DNA of 64,000 bases from Limisphaerales bacterium (GTDB lineage: Bacteria > Verrucomicrobiota > Verrucomicrobiia > Limisphaerales > AAA164-E04). The notes beneath the pieces are model-generated. The model did not search any database, had not been told where the DNA came from, and saw only the letters and a list, made by a program, of their open reading frames with translations. The DNA lies in contig OZ245740.1 in NCBI GenBank assembly GCA_965227305.1, forward strand, positions 1,107,371 through 1,171,370, in the 5' to 3' direction. A program made the position numbers and the translations under genes. This document shows positions 1 to 8,752 of this stretch, one piece after another (position 1 is the first letter of the stretch; each line of letters opens with the position of its first letter).

Positions 1-3000
1 AACCCCGGCGCTTCCGAGCTGGGGGCAAAGTGGACGACCACGCGTTCGCCTCCGGCAAGCACGGCGCCTGGGGGGAATTGCCACGCGGCATTTCGGGTGA
101 GCCGGTCGGTGAGGTAGAGCGGTTCAAGGCTGACGGGAAAGGGTGATGGGTTTTCCAATTCCACCCAATCACCCGGGGCTAGGTCGGGGTCGATTGGAAA
201 GGAGCGATTATCGGCTAAGACTTCGCTGATTCGAACCGTATTGGCGCCGCCGCCGGTGACCTCTGCCTCTAGGGAGAACCCGAACACCACGTCACTGCTC
301 GTCGGGCTGGATTGGTGGACTTCAACGGCTAATAGGTTCTCTCCGGGTTGAATGAGCGTGGTGTCTACCGGAATCGCGGTAATCCAGTCGGCATCGATCA
401 CGTGGGACGCATGCGTGAGATAGCTGATGGCGCGATCTTCGGGCAGGCGGACGCGGCTGATTTCGTGGCCGTTGAGGTATATAACGGCTCCGTCGTCGAC
501 CAAGAGATCAAACTGAGCGGTGTGGGGGGGCAAGAGACCGTCGTACTGGAAGGTGGTGCGGAAGTAGGTGGTGATTCGGTTCGGGGAAAGGGTGGTGCCG
601 AGTTGGCCGGGCAGGTTGGGCTCGCCGGCTGCGAGGATGCCGGGGCCACTGGGCCACTCCGTGTCTTGAAAGCCAGTCGTGCGCCAGGTGTCGCCCTGAT
701 CATTGCCGGAGTCTTCGTAGCGCCACACTTGCGATTGGGATACGAGTTCTTGGCGGACGAGCGTGGTGGAAGGGCCTTCCGAGGACGGACCGAAGCCAGG
801 GGTTGGTTGGGACAGACGGTCAATGCCGCCATTGGCATTTCGAGCTTCGGAGATTCCTTCGCGTTGAGGTCCGTGCCAGACGCGATCACTGTTGCGGCCA
901 TCGGTGGTTTGCAAGCTGAGCACGCCAGGGCTCGAAGGGAGGGCGAAGGGGAGTCTGCGACTGGATGCGAGCGTAGACGCGTCTTCGGTGAGTGTGAATC
1001 GAGCCCCAGCTGCGAGAAAGCTGTAGGCGGGGAATTGACCGCGCCGGGGTTCGGTCTCCGGAAGGTTGCTGAAGAAGAGGTCTCCCAGGGAGACGGGCAA
1101 GGCACTCGTGTTGACGAGTTCGAGAAACTCCCTGTGCTCGTCGGCGGGGCCGGGTTGCGTGAGGTATTCGGCTATTTGGACTCGGGCGGGATCGCCGGTG
1201 AATCGGGCGCGATTGAGTCCTTCCGGAGTCGGGTGCGCAAGGCGCCAAGTATCGATGTCAAAGCGCGCGAGGGTCGCATCCGGTAGCTGTGGCCCGAATT
1301 CGATTTGGTCCACGATTTGACCAGTTGGGCTGGAAAGGAGCACGGTTTCGCCGTTTCCGTTGAGTTGGAATGGGAAATCTGTACCAGAATGGATGACAAT
1401 GAATCCATTCGGCGAGAGGGTTGTGCCGGGGGCGAAGGTGAACCGGTTGAGAAAGCTGGGATCATCCGTCAGCCCGTAGCCCGTGAGGTCGAGTGCGGTG
1501 TCGGCCCGGTTGGCCAATTCGATCCAATCGCCGCTACCGGCGAGGTTGGCGGCTATCTCACTGATTTGGACCCTTGGAGCGTTGGGTTGGAAGTCGAAGA
1601 CGGCTTCTTGGGACCCCATGAGTTCATTTCTGCGATCGAAGAACTGGATTGTGAACGGTAGGAGACCGGCCTCGCTCGCGGCGGGGGACCAATTGGCTCC
1701 GTTTTGGATCGTGGTTACTGTGTCGCTTCCGACTGGGGTGATTTCGATTCGGTCGATTCCGGGTGCCCACAGAGGAATCATCCCGCCGGTTTCAGGCCAG
1801 GAGAGTGATGTTGCTGGGAAGAGATCCGGTAGGGGCGGACTGTCAGGGCCAATGTTCACATTGGCGCGTCCCGTCGCTAGGAAAGGCGAGCCGGGTAAGA
1901 TTCGAGTCTCATCCAGGGCACGCTCCACGCGCCATTCGGAGGCGGGGATGACGGCGGTGGAGGTATCGGCGAGTGGCTCGTCTGAGATGTTGTGATCGAG
2001 TATGAGGTTTGCGGAAGTATCGGGATCTTGGGTAACCAATATGCCGGAGCTGAGCTGGTGGTGTAGGTTATTCACCCACTCACCGTTAAGCTGACCTTTG
2101 GTGACTCGGATGGCACTACTTGCAGTTTCGAAGAGATTATTGTGGGCCGCAAGGGTGATGTCGCCGTCGGTTTGAATCGGGTTTGTAATCTGCCGGAATT
2201 CGTTGAGAACGACGTCGGTGTGATGCGCTGTGGGAGTTGTTTTGACGAGGCGGATGCCGGCTGAGATCTGTTCTGAGCTGTTGGACGCAAAGAAATTGCC
2301 CGCAACGATCGGGGCGGCATTTTCGGTCTGGATTGCCGGGCCGGATCCAATTTCAAATCGGTTCTCTTTGAAGAGAGGCGGTGCTAGGTCGGGGGACCCA
2401 TAGCTCAGCAGAATGCTGGGAGCTGAGGCATTGGGATGAATCAGGGTGGACCGGGTGATTTGAGTATCGGCGCCTGGAGATGTAGCTGTGATGGTGATCA
2501 TGGACTCCGAGGCGTCCGTCGTGAACCGACAACTCTCCAGTGCCAGGGTGGATTCTTCGCACCGGATGATTCGCCCTTGAATGGCGTCCCAAACGCAATC
2601 GTGTGCGTTTAGGGACGCGTGATGGACGGACAGGGCGCCTTCTTCAGCTGGAGGGCGGATATTCTCAAAATGCGTGTGCGTGAGGAGTGTCTCGGAGCCG
2701 GCCTCCAGGGAAAGTCCTGACCATGGGTTGGTCGTTGCGCTGGTTAATACGACGGGGTGAGTCCGAGAGCCGACGAGCTCGAGTTTTCCGTGAGCCCGAA
2801 GACGAACTCCGGGCGCGAATTGGAGTTGCACGCCGGCATCTACGGTGAGTGCGACACCCGACGGGATCAGAAGTGGTGCATCGATTTGGATCGGGCTTTG
2901 CTCCTGAGTCCAGTGGGTATCGGTTGTGAGCGTGGGTTGGTTGAGACGTGTCTCCGGGGGAGAGCTCGGAACGTTCACCGTGAATACGAGCTCCTCGATG

Positions 3001-5378
3001 GCTTCGCCCTGCGGGTTCCACGATTGGAGGATGAAACGATTTCGGCCGGCGGCAAGCGGGATCTCGGTGTGGCTCCAAGTGGCTGAAACCGGGTCCCATT
3101 GGGTGTCCGTGCCGTTTAGCGTGACGCGGGCGGTTTGGGTGGCGTCGCTGGATCCGGTGATCAGCGGGAGTGAACGCATCCCGGATGGGGCCTCGAAGGT
3201 GTTGGCTTGTCGCGGGAGTGCTAGATCAAGGCTCAGCGAGCGTGGGATGGAATCTAGGATGAACCGGGCGCGGGTCTCGGCGAAGCTAATGGTTTGCGCC
3301 AGCCGCGATTCGGGGACTTGGCTGTGTTCAAGGATCCGCGGCAGTAGCGAGCGCAGACTGTCGGCTGAAAGTGGCCCTTCTGCCACTTGCACGAGATTCG
3401 AGTAGTATAGCGGAGCGAAGTTGGGCCAGGTGAGAAAACGTCGGATGGCGGTTCCGCGGGTTGCTAGCCAGAGGCCGGCAGTGGGGCTTGCCGGAGTGTC
3501 GCCCTGTCCCAGGATAGTATCCTGGTCGTAGGGGATGAGTCGGAATCGGCCATCTTCTACTGAGCGATACATGGCGTAGTCATCCCCGACACCATTGCCC
3601 AGGGCCGACTCTTGGTTGACGTAGAAGGTTTCCGCAGCGAGGAAGCGAGTCCATTGATTCACATCGATCCATTGCCTTACTTGGGTTTCGAACTCTTCGT
3701 CCGGGACTTCGGAAAGTGTCCGAGTCAGGGCAATGAGATCGGACCAATCGTCTTCCGTTTGGTTGGTTTCTTTGAAGTAGACGCGGCGGTAGAGGGTTGT
3801 TTCTTCGCCGAGATATTGGAAATCCGCTTCCTCGACTCCGCTGGCGCGGATGCCGCGGTAGATGTTGGCTCTTCCGAGTCCTTGATTCTGAGCATAGTCA
3901 CTGTTGATGACGTCATTGGCGGCGTAGCGTCCATAGGAGGCAAAGGATTCGGGTGCGTTCGGCATGCCGTTGAGGAAGACCTCGGCGAGACGGGACGGCG
4001 CTGCGATGAGGCCGACTTGTTGGGAGAGCGCCGCACCCATGGTTTGGATCCATGGGAATTGCGCGTTGAGGTTGAGTTTTTCGACCCCGCGCCAACGGCG
4101 ATCCGAGGGGAAATCGATCCGAAAATTATTGGGGGTGCGTTCGCGGCTGCCGTTGCCTCGATTGCGAATGTCGACCTGATACCGGACGCGTTGTTGTCCG
4201 TCGAATGTCGAGACAACCGTCGCGTTGAATCGGCTGTCGGCGTAGATCTTAAAATTGCGAGAACGTTCGCCCGCCTCGTTGAAGTTCCAGGGTTTGACCG
4301 CGTCTCGAAAGCGTTGGCTTTCACTGGGCGTCATGATGATGTGAAATTCGGGATAGGCCTCTGCCGGAGACCGGTCGATGACTTGGTAGTGCGCGTTGGC
4401 TTCTTGAAGCGATTCGGGCAAGGTAGGCCGAGGCCAGGTGGCGCTGGCTCCCGTGTCGTCGCTGGCCTCGATGTAGAAGGCGATGATGGTTTTGTCAGGC
4501 TGCGGCGGTAGGATCGCGGTGGCCCGACGCTGGGACTCTCCGTCGGATGAGCCCAAAACGACGGGTGCTTCTTGAAACGGTGCGTCGTTGTCAGAGTAGA
4601 GTAGACGGGCATTGAGGGTGTCCGGAATCTCATCATGTAAATCGAAGGTGATGCGAACGGATTGATTCGACCGAGGGATCGGCGGGGCGTGTGTCACGTT
4701 CGAGATTAAGGGGGCGGCGTTGTCCGTGTCCGAAGAATTGGCTCGGCCGGGGGTTCCATGGGGGATTTGGCTGGCAGACCAGTTGCTGCCCAACTCATTG
4801 GGGAGGCGTCTTTGCCGAAGTTCGAGGCTCGGTCCCTCGCCATCATGGCGGGCGACCCATCGCAAGCCTCGGACGTTGCGTGATAGGGTCCGATGCCGCT
4901 CTGCGAAGGCTCCTTCGTCGGCGTAGGTGACGGAATCTATCGTGTCACCATCCTTATCGACCAAGCGGAGGCTTTCGCCGCGGTCGCTCAGCCGGCCCTG
5001 CCAAGGCCCGTATATGCGTTGCGGTGATAGGTCTGGGTGTAGGGATGCTAAGCGAGCGGGGTCCGCAGCGACGACTAGGTATTGCCCGGGCAAGAGCCGA
5101 GATTGGTTGGGGAAGGTCCATGAGACACCGCGGTCTAGGGCCCAATCGCCGAGATCGATAGGGATGCTGGCGGTGTTGTGGAGCTCGATGAACTCTTCCC
5201 GGGAATCGTCACTCACCGGGTGGTAGTGGATTTCAGAGAAGAGAATCTGGGCTGAGACTCGGGGCTCGGCGAGGAATAATAAACCAATCACGCCCGCCAG
5301 CAGCACGAGGAGTTGCCTTGCGAATCCGGGCCTGGTCGAAAGGGCCGACGGACGGGGAGTGGGAATCCTATAAGGCAT
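1..5378 (-). CDS. Giant exported multi-LTD / CotH kinase-family protein, 3'-partial (at least 1792 aa, continues beyond window start); NOT present in the supplied ORF track
   Basis: The reverse-strand frame with codon first bases at positions = 2 mod 3 has no stop from ATG 5378-5376 down to base 1. I spot-checked several segments. No ORF-track minus ORF in 1-5390 uses this frame, consistent with the tool dropping ORFs that lack an in-window stop. My translation starts MPYRIPTPRPSALSTRPGFARQLLVLLAGVIGLLFLAEPRVSAQILFSEIHYHPVSDDSREEFIELHNTASIPIDLGDWALDRGVSWTFPNQ (signal anchor plus lamin-tail domain). A CotH-like core follows (..EKLNLNAQFPWIQTMGAALSQQVGLIAAPSRLAEVFLNG..YRRVYFKETNQTEDDWSDLIAL..RLIPYDQDTILG), then a beta-helix-like segment. 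Three further LTDs follow (VQISEIAANLAGSGDWIELANRADTALDLTGYGLTDD; VQIAEYLTQPGPADEHREFLELVNTSALPVSLGDLFF; VRISEVLADNRSFPIDPDLAPGDWVELENPSPFPVSLEPLYLTD). The start lies 8 nt after the stop of the upstream gene. Confidence 0.85.
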   Translation of the reverse strand, partial: MPYRIPTPRPSALSTRPGFARQLLVLLAGVIGLLFLAEPRVSAQILFSEIHYHPVSDDSREEFIELHNTASIPIDLGDWALDRGVSWTFPNQSRLLPGQYLVVAADPARLASLHPDLSPQRIYGPWQGRLSDRGESLRLVDKDGDTIDSVTYADEGAFAERHRTLSRNVRGLRWVARHDGEGPSLELRQRRLPNELGSNWSASQIPHGTPGRANSSDTDNAAPLISNVTHAPPIPRSNQSVRITFDLHDEIPDTLNARLLYSDNDAPFQEAPVVLGSSDGESQRRATAILPPQPDKTIIAFYIEASDDTGASATWPRPTLPESLQEANAHYQVIDRSPAEAYPEFHIIMTPSESQRFRDAVKPWNFNEAGERSRNFKIYADSRFNATVVSTFDGQQRVRYQVDIRNRGNGSRERTPNNFRIDFPSDRRWRGVEKLNLNAQFPWIQTMGAALSQQVGLIAAPSRLAEVFLNGMPNAPESFASYGRYAANDVINSDYAQNQGLGRANIYRGIRASGVEEADFQYLGEETTLYRRVYFKETNQTEDDWSDLIALTRTLSEVPDEEFETQVRQWIDVNQWTRFLAAETFYVNQESALGNGVGDDYAMYRSVEDGRFRLIPYDQDTILGQGDTPASPTAGLWLATRGTAIRRFLTWPNFAPLYYSNLVQVAEGPLSADSLRSLLPRILEHSQVPESRLAQTISFAETRARFILDSIPRSLSLDLALPRQANTFEAPSGMRSLPLITGSSDATQTARVTLNGTDTQWDPVSATWSHTEIPLAAGRNRFILQSWNPQGEAIEELVFTVNVPSSPPETRLNQPTLTTDTHWTQEQSPIQIDAPLLIPSGVALTVDAGVQLQFAPGVRLRAHGKLELVGSRTHPVVLTSATTNPWSGLSLEAGSETLLTHTHFENIRPPAEEGALSVHHASLNAHDCVWDAIQGRIIRCEESTLALESCRFTTDASESMITITATSPGADTQITRSTLIHPNASAPSILLSYGSPDLAPPLFKENRFEIGSGPAIQTENAAPIVAGNFFASNSSEQISAGIRLVKTTPTAHHTDVVLNEFRQITNPIQTDGDITLAAHNNLFETASSAIRVTKGQLNGEWVNNLHHQLSSGILVTQDPDTSANLILDHNISDEPLADTSTAVIPASEWRVERALDETRILPGSPFLATGRANVNIGPDSPPLPDLFPATSLSWPETGGMIPLWAPGIDRIEITPVGSDTVTTIQNGANWSPAASEAGLLPFTIQFFDRRNELMGSQEAVFDFQPNAPRVQISEIAANLAGSGDWIELANRADTALDLTGYGLTDDPSFLNRFTFAPGTTLSPNGFIVIHSGTDFPFQLNGNGETVLLSSPTGQIVDQIEFGPQLPDATLARFDIDTWRLAHPTPEGLNRARFTGDPARVQIAEYLTQPGPADEHREFLELVNTSALPVSLGDLFFSNLPETEPRRGQFPAYSFLAAGARFTLTEDASTLASSRRLPFALPSSPGVLSLQTTDGRNSDRVWHGPQREGISEARNANGGIDRLSQPTPGFGPSSEGPSTTLVRQELVSQSQVWRYEDSGNDQGDTWRTTGFQDTEWPSGPGILAAGEPNLPGQLGTTLSPNRITTYFRTTFQYDGLLPPHTAQFDLLVDDGAVIYLNGHEISRVRLPEDRAISYLTHASHVIDADWITAIPVDTTLIQPGENLLAVEVHQSSPTSSDVVFGFSLEAEVTGGGANTVRISEVLADNRSFPIDPDLAPGDWVELENPSPFPVSLEPLYLTDRLTRNAAWQFPPGAVLAGGERVVVHFAPSSEAPG

Positions 5379-5386
5379 GGTCAGGA

Positions 5387-8300
5387 TCAATACTCAACCC
5401 GGATGCGGAAGTATTCAGATGGTTTTGATTGGGGCAGCCGCACGTCGGTTGCCACTGGGTTTGGCGTCGGTTCGAATCTCTGTCGCTCGCTCCAGGGAGC
5501 GTCGAGCGTCTCGCGGGATTCCAGGATGTAGCGGCGTTTGGTTTGGGGAGTGAAACTTAAGATGACTTCACCGTTCAAGAGCTGGCTGCCGAGGCTGAGT
5601 CGGCTCGTTGGATCAAGCGGGTCGGTGCCAGCTAGATATTCGGCCCGCGTGTTGGCGCCGTCGGCGTCCCAATCGGCATCGGCTTGCACCGTAAAAAGAT
5701 CCGTGAGGGTATCGTCGGGACGCCGTTGGATGAGCGCGTTTTCCCAGTCATCGGGAAGTTCGTCTTGGTCCAAATCAAGGGCAGTTTGCGCGTGGAGGCT
5801 TGTCTCAAAGGTCAAATCCGAGCTCCCGAGCGTGGTGTTGAAGACTTGGACGGCCAAGACGTTGGGGCCTAAGCGAAGGGCGTTGAGGCCGTCCGTGTTG
5901 AACTCGACCCGAGCGTCCCGAGGCGGGAAGTCGGATTCGTTGGCAAACCCGTTGAATGGAGCGAAGTCCCCGCGATTACCAGCGACGCCCACTCGGGCCA
6001 CTTCAACGCCATTCAGCCAGGCGATGAAGCCGTCGTCGTAATTGGCATTCAAGGTAAGAGAGCCTAGGTTAGCCAAAGTTTCGACGTGAAAGGGGCGGCG
6101 GAGAAAGAGCGTGCTGTATTGGAATTGCATGTCCGTGAGTGTGGTCCCATAGGGGCCGTCGCCGTAGCCGAAGGGGGCGAGTCCGCGCGCCCAGGTGCTG
6201 TCGTCAAAACTTGCTTCCCGCCAGGCGGTCGGTGGATTGGATGCCTCGGCGGTGCCTTTTCGGTAGGCCCACTCGGAACCGGGTTCGCTGAGCGTGGTCT
6301 CATTGGACAATCCCGGAAAGCTGAGTTGGTATACGGCCTGTCGGGGCACGACGGTGGCGTTCTCCGGAGCGCTGAGTCGAAGTGTCAGGTTGCCGGAGGT
6401 GAGCGGCATGCCCGTTCGGGTGACTTGGATCGAAAACTCTTGGCTCGTTTGGCCCGGCTCAAAACGAAGGGATTGTGCTGAGACTGTGACCCATTCCGAG
6501 ACTTCGGCGGAGCTGGGAATTACGTCGAGTTGAACGGTGATGGCCCGGGGCGCGAACACGCTGAGACCGACTTGAATGGGGAGGCGACCTGGGGTTTCGG
6601 GGGCGGTTGCCGACGGTGTTAGGAATCCAATGCCTACGGAGGCGCTCTCATGGCTGAGGAAGTTGTTGAGTGTCGCGGGGTGATCGGGAGAGGAAAGCCA
6701 AACGGTGTTCTCGGGATAGTTGCTGAGTTCGCGTCCCAAGAGGTTCCCTCGGATCGCCATCTTGGCGAGGTCTTCGTCCCATAGATTGGCGGTCAGTCCC
6801 CAAACATCGCGCTGATTGAAGATGGAGATCGATCCGGTGGATTGGAGGAAACCCGAGTGCTCCCGGAAGTAATTGTCTCCGAAACGCAGGCCGACCAAGT
6901 TGCTCGTGAACAAAGAATCGGTAACAGTGACTCGGGGCGAGAGGTAGCCGGTCTCGACGCCCTGACCGTTGTTGAGGAAGACGGATCGGTTGACGTTCAC
7001 TCGCTTGTTGGTTCCTGAGAGCGCCATGCCTTCGTGGAAACAGGCCTCAAACCAACAGCCGTCGATAGTGACCTGGCCGGGATCATTTCCACCCGCGTCG
7101 ACACCATCGTCTTTGGTCCAGCCGACTAAGGTATCGGTGAGTTGGTGTGTGCCGAAGGTGAAATAAAGCGCGTCGTTATCCCCATCGACGAACATGGGGC
7201 TTTCGAACGGAAACTCGATCAGAGCGCTCGATTCGATCGTCATGGCACCGTCGTTGATCTGGCCCACGGTTTGGCATCGTTGCACCAGGGAATGACGCAA
7301 GCGGATGGTGGCATCCTCGCCGTGGAAGGCTTGGCCGGCGTTGTCGATGAGATAAACGTGGTCAAAATCGCCAACGGTCTTCGGTCCGAAGTAGAAGGCG
7401 GCTTGTTCCGGGCGATGGGAGCGGCCGCCTTGGTTGGCGAAGAACCAAGTCCGGTGGGCGCCGCTGCCGGTTACTATCGTATGCGCTACGTTGATCTGAG
7501 CAGGTTCTTGCCACAGGAAGACACCGCCCCATTGCGTGTTGCGTTCGTACGGCGCCAAAAGGATGGGCGCTTCCTGCGTGCCTTGGAGGTGAAGCGTGCC
7601 ATCAACCGTGATGTTCACGTTCGGATTTAACGCGAGAATCGTCCCGGGCTCGACCGTCAGGGTGGCGCCGGGGAGAATTCGGATCGACTGAGTGAGACGA
7701 ATTCGGGAATGGCTTTCCCAACTGGTGTCTTCCGTGATGTCGCTGCTAAGGCTGATCCATTCCGTCGCGGATTCTCGCTCGAACGCGCCCTCGGTCTGGA
7801 GGGAGGCCACGTGCGCGCGGCTGGTCACGTTGCTGAGTTCGCCCGAAGGCATCGTGGCGGGCGGTATCAGAATAGAACCCACACCCCGGCGAAGGATGAG
7901 GGTTTGGGGTGTCTCTCCGATCTCAAGATCTAATCGTCCGTTGACGCGGCGGACCCGATCATCGGGTTCGCGAATCCAAGAGATGACGGGGAAATCCATC
8001 TCGGCTGGGATAGCGGCGGGGTGGATGAGTTCGATCTGAGCTCCAGAGAATTCTTCCGGGGCGGAGTCCACGACAGGGCGTGGGGTCCAAGGCGCCAATC
8101 CCCACTCGCTGCCACCACGGACCGGATCCTGGACGACGAAGCGATAGACCCTGCGTTCGGTTTGGTTGGAGTTGTTCGGCGTGCGTTCCACTTCAAAGAC
8201 GTGGTAGCCCGGGTGTGCGAACTGCCAGTATTGGGGGCTCACAGCGCGTTGGTCGAGCCAGGCGCGGTAGCGGAAACCGTCGGCCATTTCGATCCGGAAG

Positions 8301-8503
8301 CCAACCCGCCCGACATAGGTGGAGCGATCGGCAAGGTTCTGGACTTCGATGGCGACGAGGCTCGTGAAGGCGCCGGACAGAAGGCATAGGACCAAGCCGA
8401 GGAGGCGAGGTAAAGCGAGGATCGGAGTTCCACCGAGACGCAGACGCGTGTCACCGAGGTTCGTTCGGGAGATCGGTGAGAGCGTTCGTTTGGCCCGGGT
8501 CAT
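5387..8503 (-). CDS. Exported right-handed beta-helix (pectate-lyase-fold-like) protein with Calx-beta-like segment and Asp-rich C-terminal module
   Basis: 1038-aa ORF with an N-terminal hydrophobic anchor (LLGLVLCLLSGAFTSLVA). Beta-helix-type repeats: ILPGATLTVEPGTILALNPNVNITVDGTLHLQG; DGVDAGGNDPGQVTIDGCWFEACFHEGMALSG; NRSVFLNNGQGVETG; DSLFTSNLVGLRFG. Calx-beta-like segment: ITVQLDVIPSSAE..FEPGQTSQEFSIQV. A jelly-roll module is shared with the CotH proteins (YDDGFIAWLNGVEVARV..NVLAVQVFN). C-terminus: DLDQDELPDDWE..DADWDADGANTRAEYLAGTDPLDPTS..EYFRIRVEY. Likely co-transcribed with 1..5378. Confidence 0.7.
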   Translation of the reverse strand: MTRAKRTLSPISRTNLGDTRLRLGGTPILALPRLLGLVLCLLSGAFTSLVAIEVQNLADRSTYVGRVGFRIEMADGFRYRAWLDQRAVSPQYWQFAHPGYHVFEVERTPNNSNQTERRVYRFVVQDPVRGGSEWGLAPWTPRPVVDSAPEEFSGAQIELIHPAAIPAEMDFPVISWIREPDDRVRRVNGRLDLEIGETPQTLILRRGVGSILIPPATMPSGELSNVTSRAHVASLQTEGAFERESATEWISLSSDITEDTSWESHSRIRLTQSIRILPGATLTVEPGTILALNPNVNITVDGTLHLQGTQEAPILLAPYERNTQWGGVFLWQEPAQINVAHTIVTGSGAHRTWFFANQGGRSHRPEQAAFYFGPKTVGDFDHVYLIDNAGQAFHGEDATIRLRHSLVQRCQTVGQINDGAMTIESSALIEFPFESPMFVDGDNDALYFTFGTHQLTDTLVGWTKDDGVDAGGNDPGQVTIDGCWFEACFHEGMALSGTNKRVNVNRSVFLNNGQGVETGYLSPRVTVTDSLFTSNLVGLRFGDNYFREHSGFLQSTGSISIFNQRDVWGLTANLWDEDLAKMAIRGNLLGRELSNYPENTVWLSSPDHPATLNNFLSHESASVGIGFLTPSATAPETPGRLPIQVGLSVFAPRAITVQLDVIPSSAEVSEWVTVSAQSLRFEPGQTSQEFSIQVTRTGMPLTSGNLTLRLSAPENATVVPRQAVYQLSFPGLSNETTLSEPGSEWAYRKGTAEASNPPTAWREASFDDSTWARGLAPFGYGDGPYGTTLTDMQFQYSTLFLRRPFHVETLANLGSLTLNANYDDGFIAWLNGVEVARVGVAGNRGDFAPFNGFANESDFPPRDARVEFNTDGLNALRLGPNVLAVQVFNTTLGSSDLTFETSLHAQTALDLDQDELPDDWENALIQRRPDDTLTDLFTVQADADWDADGANTRAEYLAGTDPLDPTSRLSLGSQLLNGEVILSFTPQTKRRYILESRETLDAPWSERQRFEPTPNPVATDVRLPQSKPSEYFRIRVEY

Positions 8504-8752
8504 TCCGTTTTTTTGCCGTGTCTTGGTGCCTGTGTTTTGACCGTGTCGAATTGCGAAATTCCTTTGGTTTAGCAGATCTCATGCCGCTGGGAATGGTGTG
8601 ATCGACCCGTGGATATTTGTTGCATTCGGGTCACGTTTTCAAGCAAGAATCAGGACGTGACGGGCTGGTTTAAGCCGACCAGGGGTGAATGGAGTTGGAG
8701 GCGGAACAACGGCCTGCCATATGGGGAGAAGGTGTCCACTTTTTGCCGCACC

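Noticed and set aside
348-4511. Plus-strand ORFs 348..1286 (312 aa) and 3612..4511 (299 aa), and the many shorter ORFs on both strands in 1-5.3 kb.
   Set aside because: Their Arg/Gly/Ala/Pro-rich, motif-free translations are typical of wrong-frame or antisense reads of a high-GC gene. The whole region is explained by the single stop-free minus-strand frame encoding the LTD/CotH giant.
8609-8752. N-terminal extensions of ORF-track models (8609, 15942, 17998, 19860, 21504, 29649, 43662, 55246, 55556).
   Set aside because: The extensions precede an internal Met that is followed by a canonical signal peptide, membrane anchor or prepilin motif. Several of them overlap the divergent neighbour or a repeat element. 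Starts were trimmed accordingly, but exact starts remain uncertain.
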